A stretch of 64,000 nt of DNA from Anthoceros angustus (lineage: Eukaryota; Plantae; Anthocerotophyta): NCBI GenBank assembly GCA_010909165.1, contig MU008164.1, positions 1 to 64,000 of the forward strand, read 5' to 3'. A program made the position numbers and the translations under genes. Shown piece after piece: positions 1 to 12,160 of the stretch (positions are counted from its first letter, which is position 1; every line of letters starts with the position of its first letter). Below the pieces are notes generated by a model. The model did no database searches and was not told the origin of the DNA. It was given only the letters and a program-made list of their open reading frames with translations.

Positions 1-802
1 GGGTCAATCACCAAGCTCCCATCCTCCGATGCTTCTCGCCCATACACCTCAAAGAGGGCCAAATCCTCATGGCCTTTTCCCTCTTGCGACTTGGTCCTTA
101 ATTGCCGGGCGACTCTTGCACCAATGCAGGGTCAGAGCACCATTTCTTCTCCATGAACTTCAGCCCAGCCTCGCACCAGTCACCTCACTTCCTGGTCCAT
201 GTTGGGCCACCGCAGGGATTTCGGCAATGGGCGCCATCTCCTTCTCGTTGTTTCCCAAAACAAAACCTCGACTACCCCGCAGATCGGTCAAGAGAAAAAT
301 CGAAGCCGCCTGGCCCTTCCACGCCTCCTCCTGCTTGCCGCCTGATTTCTCTCTCCCGCCGCCCGCCTGCCCCGATCGTCCTCTTCCTCGCAGACAATGA
401 GATGTTGATTTGGCTCAAGGCTGCGTGGCCGCCTTCTTGCTGCAGCCCGCCTCCGACCGCCTCCCGAAAGTCGCGACGCAGGCTGGGTGTGCCTTCTCCC
501 GCTGCGCCCGACCGATCGTAGTCCCGCCCGCCACTAGGGTTGTAAATTCTCGGTCTCAGACGTCCTGCTTTCGCCACCGTGGTGGAACTAGCCACCACCC
601 ACTTGACTACACAACTGCGGTATATTGTGAGCATCCCTAGCATATATAGACACCTTTTATTCTAAAATTCCCAATACCCAAGGACTCTATTTCTACCCCA
701 CCCCTCCGGGTCAAACCTAAGGGTCAAAAAATTATTATTATCTCCAAGGGCCAAGGACCATTCCGATAAAAGACCCGACTCGATTTATTCTCAAAGCACT
801 CG

Positions 803-1320
803 CTATTCTAACACATCCAAAACAAAAAAATCGCTCACCCCGACACTTGGGAGCTGGGTTAGTGCACATGTGGTCTTCCACACGCCTCTGCTCAGTTCGC
901 GTGACATGCTCATTTCTCTCCGGTGGTCACGATAGATGTGGTGACAAAAGCACTTGCTTATAGAAAGCCTCCCGACTGCTGACACACAAAACTCATAAGC
1001 CAAAATGTGCCATCGAAGCGAAATGAAAAGCACGATTCGAATCACAACACAAAGGTGTCATGCCAACCCGTCCATACGTTTTGATTTTGTTTGGCCTCAA
1101 GGCGGTTGTCGACATCCGGGAACACTTCTTCACCTTGAACATCCCAAGGCCCATGTGATAACCTTGAACTCCTCCGCAGGTGAATTTCATCCGAGGTGGC
1201 TTGGAAGTGATCTCGAATTCAGTTCCTATATGACATATCCGATTTGACACAACCCCACCCAACTCTTGCTCGCTGATTTGGCTTAGTTGGTCCAAACCTA
1301 ACCCACAATTAAGTGGTGTC
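803..1320 (-). pseudogene. Antisense accessory-ORF remnant resembling the bryophyte retroelement-associated family also seen at 37393-38354
   Basis: LRWHILAYEFCVSAVGRLSISKCFCHHIYRDH resembles KLVD(W)TSILHEQ...SFISTFLIHLYHREE; frameshifted. Confidence 0.3.
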
Positions 1321-2235
1321 CATATGGCGCATCATCCAACCCGCCTGCTGCAAAACCACTCCTTCCCTACACAATTCTTTGCATCGAGTGAGTTAGTCAG
1401 GCGCCCGAGAAACATAGTTTCCAGTTGTAGCGGCTAAGGCAGGATCGTTGCATTTTCTTCCCCTTCAAGCCTCGCCTTTCGGGCCCGATCCGCCTCCGTG
1501 GTCGGCTTTTCTGAATTCCGGATGTCGCTTACGCCACCCACATCTTGGCTAGTGCCTCCAGATGTTCGGTTGCACAGTCACTTGACCGCCACTGCACTTG
1601 GAGGGCGAGCTGCGGCTCCCTCCGTCACCCCTCGAGCCGCCTTCTTCTTGACAATCCGGCCAGTGGATCGGGCGGAGGCGCCACATCCTTCTTGCTCGGA
1701 GAGCCCTCCCCAATGCCATGATCATTTCTTGCCACAAGGAAGGAAGAGCGCGCATCAAGGAGCGAATTGGCGTTCTCACTTTGCGAGCAAGTTAGCAACG
1801 AATGGGAGATGCACCTCCTCCGTGGGAATGATCGTCCCACGCATCCACTTGCAGCCGACCGTCTTCTTCCTCGCCCGCTCGCGGAGTCCGCAAATGCTAC
1901 TACGAAGTTGAAGGGGCCCGAAAACTGCTTCGCGGTGGACTGTGGGGAAATGGTTTTAAAAGACCTTATACGCCCGGACAAGAAGTTAGGGTTCCCCTTG
2001 TTTTGCCCGATTCCCAGCCGTATCGTCGATGGATTCGCGATCGTACATAATATATGTATTCCATTTTAGGATCCTGTCTTGACTACAGTTAGAAGTACAG
2101 ACCGCTGTGGAACGCCAAATTTTGGGTCCACGGTTGGAAGAGGGGCGGATGCCTCTTAGTTTTGTTCATATTAGTTAGGTTTTATTTTTATTTTTCTTTT
2201 CTCACTCTGTAAGAATCGGCGGAAGACAACAAGGA

Positions 2236-3640
2236 ATGGCAAGTGGAGAAGCGGGCGGATGGATTGTTGCGGTCCCGTGACGGACGAAAGGAGGAAAACA
2301 GCGATTCAAAACGGGTCCAAGACGGCGAAAGAAGAGAGGTCGGAGGTCAGGGAAAGTTCTGTAGCGAGGAAGGTTCGCGGAAGGCCGAACTCGCCAAGAA
2401 GGAGGCCGGTGCAGGCCTAGTGGCGGCGGGCGCGAGTCACGCCCAGTTGATGGGGCAGTCCGGACATGCGGGAGTAAAGTCCTTACTCCGGTGGAAGGAA
2501 GACGCCGCAGAAGGGTCTTCGCGAGTTGCGGACAATATCGACGGTCACGAGCTTGGAGGTGGTGCGCGGGCTGCAGTGGCTGGAAAGGAGGAAGAGGCGC
2601 AGACAAGGAGGAGCGCATGCATGCATATATAGAAATCGTCCTTGGCGCTCGGAGGAAGAAATCGGTGTCCTTGGCCTTGGTGGTTGAGGAATTCAAACGT
2701 CCTCATCAAGGGAAAAGGTCCTTGGCCTTGGACGGAAATTTCGTCCTTGGCCTTTGGGGTGTGGAAAATCCTTCCTCACCCTATATATGTAAGTAGAGGG
2801 GAGGCCGAGTCGCTTCGGCCAAGAATGAAGAACTGGAGGCCAAACTCAAGGAGCTGGAGGGAGGCAGGCCACATGGAGTAAGGGCGTGAGGAGCTCATGA
2901 AGCAAGCAACGGAGGCGACCAGCGGTGGAAGGAAGAGGTAGCCCACCGGAGGAAAATGATGCATCGCATGCTGGTCGTCAGGAAGCAACGCTTTCAGGCT
3001 GATTATGCATGGCAGCAAGGGATACTGGAGGCATGGAAGAGAGATGCCGCCGAGAATGTCACTTTACAGCTTCGTTTGAGTGAGGTGACGCTTGAGAGGG
3101 ATGCGTTGCGAAGTAAGATAGCCTCAGGAGAGTGGCCTGAGGAATTTGATGAGATTTGTTTGAAGGGCCAGGAGATGCAGGTCCACTTACATGCTAGGGT
3201 CAACAAGTTCGCCAAGGAGATGCGTTCCTTAAGGAAGTTGTTGGGTCCCCACGATGACGACAAGAAGATTTTGGAAGAATTGCGACCCTCAACTTCAGAG
3301 ATTCAGGACTTGGAGAGTGAAATGGATGCAGAAGGCTCAATGTGGGAGGAGCCAATGGAAGAGGAAGAGATTTCAGTAGGGTAGAGTTGGTGGGGTGTCA
3401 AGCGGAGACGGGGCTGCACCAACACCCAACCGCTTACAGGTACTGACAGGGCCGACGAGATGGCTCTGAGAGAGGTTGCCTCTGAGCGCCAAGAAGAAGG
3501 GGTATGCCCACCGTTCAGCGATCAACATCGCCGAGGCAGTGTGGAGGTTCTGTCGCGGCAGTGAAGAGATCGACGGGTCCCAAGCCAAGAGGAGGAAGGC
3601 GGTGGTTGGGCGCAGCCATGTCAACACCAAGAAGAAGTAG
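2236..3640 (+). pseudogene. Sense accessory ORF (coiled-coil, acidic C-terminal part) just upstream of the 3' LTR, frameshifted
   Basis: ORF pieces 2243-2632 and 2956-3384 (LQLRLSEVTLERDALRSKI, EEPMEEEEI) plus NEELEAKLKELE in an adjacent frame. Confidence 0.4.
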
Positions 3641-3678
3641 GCAAATAGTTGGTAGGGAGTGAATGGTCATTAAGACCC

Positions 3679-3875
3679 CTAGGGGTTAGTGGGATTGTTA
3701 GGAGGTAGGTTAAGAACCTTTAAGAGGCCACCTACTTAAAAAGCAACCCCACCCCGACTTAATTAATGCTAGGGGTTAGTGGGATTGTTAGGAGGTAGGT
3801 TAAGAACCTTTAAGAGGCCACCTACTTAAAACCGTAAGCAACCCCACCTACCCCACCTTAATTAATGCTAGGGGT
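3679..3875. repeat. Two ~90-100 bp tandem copies plus the start of a third
   Basis: TAGGGGTTAGTGGGATTGTTAGGAGGTAGGTTAAGAACCTTTAAGAGGCCACCTACTTAAAA at 3680 and 3770. Confidence 0.9.
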
Positions 3876-3917
3876 TTGGGGAGCTCCTATAAGAGGGGAG
3901 GAGCTCCCATAATAAAA

Positions 3918-4896
3918 TGTCATGCCTTGCTCTCCGAGTGTGTGCTTGTCTTGCTACACAAGCGTGCCGACCGGTGAGGGTGCATGGTGTCCGGTAGGGT
4001 CTTGAGGTGCGGTGACTGTGGTGAGGGCGGGCCCAAACCTTTCTTTCTGGAGGTAGCAACCGGGTAGCGTCGAGCGTGAGGGAGCGGCATTGTGGTTGCG
4101 TGAACGGTGCATGATCGGTAAAGGAAGACCCTAGCAAAATCCAAAGACGCTGGACGCCACTTGCAGCCAAATGTCGCCTAGGTCCGTGAGGGCAATGCCC
4201 TATGATCTCGAGGCGCTGGCCGGGAGGCTGTGAGGGCGCCTGTAGAGATAGTTAGCTAGGAAGAGTGGAAGAGGTAGATTAGAGAAGAGAGGAGAAGAGA
4301 GGAGAAAAGAGAGAAAAGAGAAAAGAAAAGAGAGAGCGAGAGAGCGAGAGAGTGAGAGCGAGAGGACGAGAGAGGAGCTAGAGAGGATAGGGAGCAAGAG
4401 AGGAGAAGGAAGGAGCAAGAGAGAAAAGAGAAAAGACAAAAGAGAGAAGAGAGGAGGAAGAAACCTAGAAAAGAGAGGGAAGGTGGAATTTCAAGGGTCA
4501 GATAAGAGCTTGAGGGGCGGCCCCAAATTTGTCATGAGAAGGGTCTTAGGGAGTGTAGGAGCTGCTGGTGGGAGGATTGCCCATCAGACGGTGATTTGGG
4601 GGTCCCAAGGTCGCCGCCGCAGACATTGGTGCCGCGACGAGGTCCGGACGAGTCATCGCGCGAGGGTAGTGTGACTTACCGAGGGTGGGGCCCCGCGGCG
4701 TAGGAGGGGCGCTTAGTCACCGGGCGCCTGTGACGGGAGCCGTGAGAGTCGAGAGGTCGGGCCGTGGAGGGCGCACCTCCATCCGTGCGGGAAGGGCTCC
4801 CCACTCCTTCGTGGAACGAAACCACCGACGAACCGATGCTGGATAAGTGTGGCTGCCATGTACGAGGGTTCCGGGGTCCGGGAACCTCCCACCACA
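3918..4896 (+). repeat. Putative 3' LTR with internal GA-rich tract (4261-4482)
   Basis: TG...CA ends; purine tract and GGGAGCTCCT/AGGAGCTCCC hairpin immediately upstream. Confidence 0.5.
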
Positions 4897-5065
4897 ACCG
4901 CGTTGGTTATGGTTACCTTAGCTAAACCCGTGGTCATACCCTTTGGTATCTAGTACCGAAGAGGTACAACTCTTCGCATACGTGCTATAAAAGCCCACCT
5001 CTTGTAATCAATTGTATCAATTAGTAAAGCACTATCTTTGATCAAACGCTCAGGCACCTCAAACT
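4897..5065 (+). repeat. Copia A 5' LTR (5'-interrupted)
   Basis: Matches 22110-22279 (GCGTTGGTTATGGTTACCTTAGCTAAACCC...GCACCTCAAACT). Confidence 0.9.
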
Positions 5066-5076
5066 TGGTATCGAGC
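5066..5076 (+). promoter_or_regulatory. Primer-binding site (tRNA-iMet)
   Basis: TGGTATCGAGC = canonical TGGTATCAGAGC minus one base. Confidence 0.85.
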
Positions 5077-6888
5077 ATAGTTTGATTACTAAGTTCATCA
5101 TGCATTATGATGTGAATCTAGATGTTCTTCTAATATGCAACGTCTTTCCAATGCTTTGGTATTTGTAATATGAAGCTATTTTATACTTATTTATAGTTTC
5201 TTATATTCAACCAAACATGTTTTCTAATAAAATAGTTTGGCTTCTTCTATGATTAACCTTTATATTCATTAAAGTTTCATGGCTCATTGCCACTCTCTCA
5301 TTCTTCATCTTATTCTTCTTGCACTCTACTCATTCTTCCTTGCACAAAACATTGTTTCTTTATTGTTTTACATAAAGTTACAACATGGCAAGAAGAACAA
5401 TCACAAGAGTATCATGCTAAGAGAAATGGAGAATTAGAGAGGAGAAGTAGAGAGTGCATCCTCGATGTTCTCATAACTATAATAGGCTGAATTCTACATT
5501 TTCAACAACTTAGGGAGCAAGATAGCCTTCATGCTATCAACTTCTTTCTTCAAAATGATTTGGTGTCTTCGCGAAAGTACACCAGCCATCAAAGGTCATC
5601 TAGACCTTGGTCCTCTGATGATGATTTGCCGCGATGTTGTGGAGATATTGAGCTCCGAGTATAATAATTCCTCCTATCATTCTCACAACAGGAACACATT
5701 CACCTTATTATACTCCAACTACACTTCAAAGCCATTCTCTACAAAATTCTTCATCACAACATTCTAATCATGATTCAAATCATCATCCACTTTAAGAAAC
5801 TCTATTATCGATGGACGCAACTCACAAGATTTCTCAAAATTTACATAACATGATAATATTTCTCAACATTCGCGGCATCATCAGCAACAACCTGCCATGG
5901 GAGTTCACCTATTGCATCAAAAGCAACTCACATTCACCTCCCATCGACAACTTCCTATGCTCAAGTTCATGAGATTGCGCCGGCAGGATTTTCTCTCGAC
6001 TGGAAGGATGATCATGTATCTACAAATGAGATCTCAAGGAAGCGCTATAAGATCAGCCTCTCTAACAACGTCATGTTTTCCAGGTTTGGAGAATTCGGCT
6101 AAATGCATCGGAAAAATCAAAAACAATCATCGATTGATATCTCACAATCGCAGACGTGACTACTCCAATCTCATGCAATCATGTCAAATGAGCGCCAACG
6201 GCGCTCGAATTCAACAGCACACCTTCCAATTTTCCATCACCGAGATTTCAAGGATCGACGCCATGTTTTCCGGTCGCTTTGGTCATCGGATGGCGCTCAT
6301 CTCCAGCCGCCAGTGGTCGCCGGCGCCTCCCGCAGCCCCGCCGATCGATCCAGATCGGAGGCGCCAGATCATCGGGCCGTGTGCTGGCCCACCCGCCGAG
6401 GCCCGACCGGTGCCCCGCCGACTTAAACTAAGTTTCTTTCGGGGCCCAAAGAAACTCCACATAAGTTTCTTATGGGGATGTAAAGCTCCCCGCTTTCACG
6501 CCCCTTTGGATCTCCGGGCCCGGCGTGACGGACACCTCTTCCGATCTCGGGCACACTTTAAAATCGCCACGCGTCACCTCTTGCCCCGCATTTTCAGCCA
6601 TCAAACAAGAGCTTTCGCCTTCCACCCCTTTCGATTTTTATGAATCTGCTGCTCAAGAGCTATTCCATTGGAGTGTCATCACCTTTGGGATCATTGAACC
6701 ATTTCGATTGATCGGCCCAAGCGTTTCAAAGCACTTTGCTATGCTCTAGTGATCGTGGCATAGTTCAGCTATTTGATTTTAATCTTTGTTTTCATACTAT
6801 TTTTGCTCAGCTTTCTCATATTACTATATTAGAAGCCCTCTTTTGTCATAACGGTGTTCCTTCTTTATATTATTATACACATCTAACC

Positions 6889-9800
6889 ATGGCATCACGT
6901 CCTCTTCTGACGACGCCACCTACACCAATTATTAATTATATGAATGTCTTTTGAATTCAAAGAAAAGACCGTTTGACGGCACAAAGTTTGAGATATGGGC
7001 CAAGCGTATGCTCCATACTCAATACTCGTGACTTGCTTGGCATAGTGGATGGCACCATTCAAGCCTCGGTCCCTCTCTCGACTCTTGGATCAAACAAGAC
7101 AGCTTGCACTTCACATTCTTATTTGAGGCCTTGGCGAAGTTACCCTACATCATCTTGATGGGGCTACTCTGCAGAGGCTTGGCGGCTAGTAGATATTTTC
7201 AATCTACCAATGTTATGACATTAGTAGGCGAATTAATTTTATTCTTACGCATGCATAATAATGAGAGCATTGGTACTTATGTTGGGAAGTTTCGATATCT
7301 TCGGCCAATTTTGCTACACTCCTTATCGAATTTGAAGCTTGTGTCCAACTATCGCCTCCCTTCCCGACTTTCAAGCATTTGTGTCCTCTCGAATGGCATT
7401 CGAGAGGCTCATCAGTAAAGGTGGCCGACACCCAACATTTCCATCTCCGAAATTGCGCGCTCTCCTTCAAGAGGAGGCTTCCAGTTCAACGCCGCACTTC
7501 AAGCATGGTGGTGAACGAGTTATGTTCGTTAGCAAAGGCCGTCAACGCTCTCAGACGTGCCCGTCCTCCTCCACACGAGACGGCCCTTCACTGCGCCTTC
7601 TCGGCTCCTTCTCGGCTCCTTCTCCAAGCTGGTGGTTCCACCGCAAGCTGCATTTGCAATCGCGATTCTGCCATTGGAGCCCGAGCTGCAAGAAGAAAGC
7701 CGGTGAGCCTCGACGCCTTCCAAGTCCCAATATGGCCTCGACCTCCAAGCAGCCGACATTGCCCTCACGCTTGGTAGCTTTCGAATACAAGACCTCTTGG
7801 CTATTGGACTCACCGCTCGCATATTTGCGCCATCACCATATGTTTTCGATTATCTCCTCAAGATCAACGCTTTTGTTCTTCTCGATGACTCGACCTTATT
7901 GCGAACGCACATTACTTTTACTCTTGAAGATGGTTCTGTCCTTCTTTTAAGTGATGTGCTGCATGTTCCGCAAATGGCGAAGAATCTTATCTCCGTCCGA
8001 CACTTGGTGAAGGACGGTACTTTCAGGCTAGAGTTCGGCAGAGGCGATTGCCTCCTCACAAGATCTGTGCTCCTGGTCGCGTGGTTGCTAGAGGTCGTCA
8101 TGACTGACCTCTATGTCTTCTCCGCTGCAGTGATCAGCCTCGACCTCCCGAATGGCCATCTGGGCACGAGAGGAGTTCTCAAAGGTGACTCCTATTATGG
8201 CATTCTCGGCTTGGACATATTAATCATGATAAGCTTTTAGAGATGTCTAGGCGGATTTATTTAGGGATAAGCTACCACACTTTTCACAGACTCCTCCGTT
8301 ATGTGAACCTTGTATATATGCTAAACAACGTAGCTTCCCTATCCTACTTACCGCCGTCTACTCACCCTTGGAGTTGGTCCATGTTGATCTTTGTGGTCCA
8401 CTCCCGGTCCCTTCACTTGGCGCATCGCACTTTATGACTATTGTTGATGACTATAGTCGCTATACCTTTGCTATTCCGCTCAAGTTGAAGAGTGATTCCT
8501 TCGGCTCCTTCTCGCGGTCCTTCCTTCTCCAAGCTGGTGGTTCCGGCCCGCAAACTGCCTGGCGGTGCGATTCGAGCCAAGAAGAAAGAAGCCGGTGAGC
8601 CTCGACCCCCCTTCGCAATATGGCCTCGACCTCCAAGCGGCAGCCGACATTGCCCTCACGATGCTTGGTAGCTTTCGAATACAAGACCTCTTGGCTATTG
8701 GACTCATTTGCTTTATTGCCCATCACCATATGTTTTCGATTATCTCCCCAAGATCAACGTTTTGTTCTTCTCGGCGATGACTCGACCTTATTGCGAACGC
8801 ACATTACTTTTACTCTTGAAGATGGTTACATCCTTCTTTTAAGTGATGTGCTACATGTTCCAAATGGCGAAGAATCTTATCTCCGTCCGACACTTGGTGA
8901 AGGACGGTACTTTCGAGCTAGAGTTTGGCGAGGCGATTGCCTCCTCACAAGATCTGTTGCTCACCGGCGTGGTTGCTAGAGGTCGTCAGCGGCATGACCT
9001 CTATGTCTTCTCCGTGCAGTGATCACGGCTTCCTCGACCCGGCTCCATGGCCCGCTGCGGTCGAGAGGAGTTCTCGCAAAGGTGACTCCCTATTATGGCA
9101 TTCTCGGCTTGGACATATTAATCATGATAAGCTTTTAGAGATGTCTCTATTTATTTAGGGATAAGCTACCACACTTTTCACAGACTCCTCCGTTATGTGA
9201 ACCTTGTATATATGCTAAACAACGTAGCTTCCCTATCCTACTCTACACCGACTACTCTATGGAGTTGGTCCATGTTGATCTTTGTGGTCCACTCCCAGTC
9301 CCTTCACTAGGCGGCGCATTGCACTATATGACTATTGTTGATGACTATAGTTGCTATACCTTTTTCTATTCCACTCAAGTTGAAGAGTGATTCCTTTGGC
9401 TCTTTTACTCCTTTTGTCACTATGGCTAAGCTGCAAGCCGATTGCAAGCTTCGGTGCATTAGATCTGACAATGCAGGAGAATTAAATAACTGGCAATTTA
9501 AGGACTTGTGTCTTGAGAGGGGTCAGTTTACGGTTCCCTATACTTCTCAGCAGAATGGGGTTCTTGAAAAGGCCAACGGCGATCGCCGCCATGGCCCGCG
9601 CCATGCTAGCCAGCTCCCCAAACCCTTCGGGGTTCAGCGGGCGATTCATAAGGTTCTTTCCAAGTCGGTCGCCGACTTTGAGTCCGGCATGGATATAAGC
9701 CTCTTATTACTCATCTTCGATTTTTGCCCCGCCTATGCTAATATTCCTCTCTCGCGACAAGCCACTGCTCGTCGGTATTTGTTGGCTATGGCGAGGACCG

Positions 9801-11146
9801 TAAGGCTTATAAACTTGACTTGGATACCCATGCTATTGTATATGCTCGACCGCTCACTTTTGATGAGGCTCGGTTAGCATCCGCTGCTCGAGTCCATGGA
9901 TTCGCCGGCCTTGAGGACACGCTTCTTCCGACCTGTGACCTTATGCGAGTTTTTGACTCCTCTGTTTTCCGGACTCGGTCCCGCAACTTTGCTCCATCCT
10001 CGGCCTCTTCACCTCAAGCGGCACCTATACCTATTATCCGCCGAGGGGAAGATGAAGCCATTGTTGATCCTTATGAAAGCAGAGACTTTGGTGCTCTTAA
10101 TTCACAAGACCCGAGGCAGTTCTGCTCCACCTTCTCCGTAACACTTGATCCAGAGCGAAGGTATCCTTCATCGCCAACCGAGACACCTGGAATGAGATCC
10201 CTTTGATTTAGAGTTCAATCAAGTGGCTACACCACCGCCGCAGTCACGCAACGCTTGAGTGTTGCCCTTGAGAGGAGATCCTCTCACTCTTCAAGAGGCA
10301 TATTCGCGACGATGCTAAGTGGAAGTTTGCTATTGATGATGAATATAATTCTCTTATCAAAAACAATACTTGGACTCTAGTAAACTTGCCGAAAGCGAAC
10401 TCATCAAATGCAAGTGGGTTCTCAAAACTAAATTCGAGGAGGTTGAACCTCGTATTCGCTATAAGGCGAGACTAGTGGCTAAGGGTTATAGTCAGAAAGA
10501 GGGAGTGGACTATCAGGGCGATAAGGTATATTCACCTGTAGTCAAGGCTGCTTCCGTGAGAATGCTCCTGGCTTTATGTGCCGAGCTTAATCTGGAAATT
10601 TATCAGCTTGATGTTTGTACTGCTTTCCTTTATGGTCATCTGCAAGAAGAGATCTATATGGATCAACCAGAAGACTATGAGGATGAGCAATACCCAAACA
10701 AGGTGTGTAAACTTATTCGTTCTATTTACGGACTAAAGCAAAGCCCACGTTTATGGTATGAGAGAGTGGACTCTTACCTCAAGAAGATAGGGTTTATCCA
10801 AAGTGAAGCAGACACCAATATCTATGTACTTCGCAAGGACAGCTCCCTTGTGCTGGTTGCACTATATGTTGATGACTTAGTTATTCGCAACAATATTGAA
10901 CTAGTTAACAAGATTAAAGTGACCTTAGTAAAGAATTCGAGATGAAGGATCTCGGCAAAGTTAAATATATTCTTGGAATGCATGTACATAGAGATACCAT
11001 CGGTGCTATCTATCTCCATCAAGGAAGATATGTATGGTATGTTAAAACGCTTCAATTTGGAGAATGCGTCGGACGCACAGTAGTTAAGCTTATCGCTACC
11101 GCCCACAATCGTAATGTGAAAAGAAGAGATGGAAAATATTCCTTAT
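6889..11146 (+). pseudogene. Copia A gag-pol (gag, protease, integrase, RT), frameshifted, with ~0.9 kb internal tandem duplication
   Basis: ILNTRDLLGIVDG (gag), SWLLDS (PR), LLWHSRLGHIN, ELVHVDLCGP..IVDDYSRY (IN), KCKWVLKTK..YKARLVAKG, QLDVCTAFLYG, LYVDDL (RT). Confidence 0.92.
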
Positions 11147-11581
11147 TGATGAAATAGGTCACTATTAGGGCACTCTTCACTAGGGCACCTAGAACTTAAT
11201 GATTTATTTATTTGGATAGGGCATTAAGTAGTTTAGGTAGTTTTCTTTAGTTGGTTACTTAAGTGGTTATTTGTTACAACCACTAGGTGGTTATAACCAC
11301 TTCTAGCCTTCTATATAAGGCATGTACTTTCTATCAAATGTAATGCAACACATATTGCTAGAGCTTGTATGATTCTCATCATGGTATCGAGCACACTTGC
11401 TCTTTGTTTGCTTGTGCATCCTCATGCATCTAAGTAGCTTATCTAGGAGACACTTTCTAATCTAGCATTTGCCTAGATGGATTGTGTTTATCCTAGAATT
11501 GCTATCTTTGCATGCATTTTCTTTATGCTAACATTTCTCTTCTAACAATGCTTTTATGCACTAATTCTTTGTTCTTCCTCC

Positions 11582-12142
11582 ATGGATTGTGTTCCCTTAG
11601 AAGGAGAAGGCATAGAGTTAAGAAGAGAAGTAGTCTGCAAGACAACAAGAACAAATTAGGAGCCCAACACATAGAAGCAATAGAAGACAACAAGCTATAG
11701 AGGAGAGATAGTAGAAACCTCCTCTTGTATAGCAAACTTCATTGCATCTATTTTAATTTCTAAACCGGATCAAGGGAAGTTTATCAAGCTAGCTAGACGT
11801 GATTTGCTAGAAGTTTTAGTCCAATTCACGTCAAGGCATTAGAATTAGCTCTCCAACATATCCCAAATTTGAATCGGTATTAGTACTCCTTTATCTTCTA
11901 GTCGCAAGACAAAAATAGCATAGAAACTCTTAGATTTCAAGAAATTGATAGTCAATTAGCAACTCTTAGAATCCAATCCTTTGATCTTAAGGAGAATTAT
12001 CTGAATTAAGGACAAAATTGTCTATTCTCTCTAAGGTTGATAATGCGCAGAGATTTGAGAGCATGCTATCATCATCCGAATCGATTATGATGCAAGAGAA
12101 GAGTTTCGTGCAATAGAAGATGAGAGCATCGGCGAGGCCTAG
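11582..12142 (+). pseudogene. Extra ORF / N-terminal extension upstream of element B gag
   Basis: GKFIKLARRDLLE..SPIHVKALELALQHIPNL is homologous to element C GEFIKLATRNLLEVFSPI*VKALQLALDHKPNL. Confidence 0.6.
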
Positions 12143-12160
12143 TCCTCTAAATCACCTACA

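Larger units (their letters stand above)
1..4896 (+). mobile_element. 3' portion of an LTR retroelement (probably Ty3/gypsy) with accessory ORFs, inserted into the 5' LTR of copia A
   Basis: Ends in a TG..CA-bounded ~980 bp LTR-like segment (3918 TGTCATG ... CCACCACA 4896) that abuts copia A LTR sequence lacking its first ~14 bp. No RT/IN is in the window, so the superfamily is inferred. Confidence 0.55.

Noticed and set aside
4200-4439. Leu/Ser-rich membrane-like ORF
   Set aside because: Translation of the GA-rich LTR tract.
4729-4896. Separate MITE or mini-LTR with TGTG..GGGAG inverted ends
   Set aside because: No TSD; better treated as the end of the larger LTR.
5897-6643. 248-aa ORF in the copia A leader
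   Set aside because: No recognisable motifs and no second copy in the window to test conservation.
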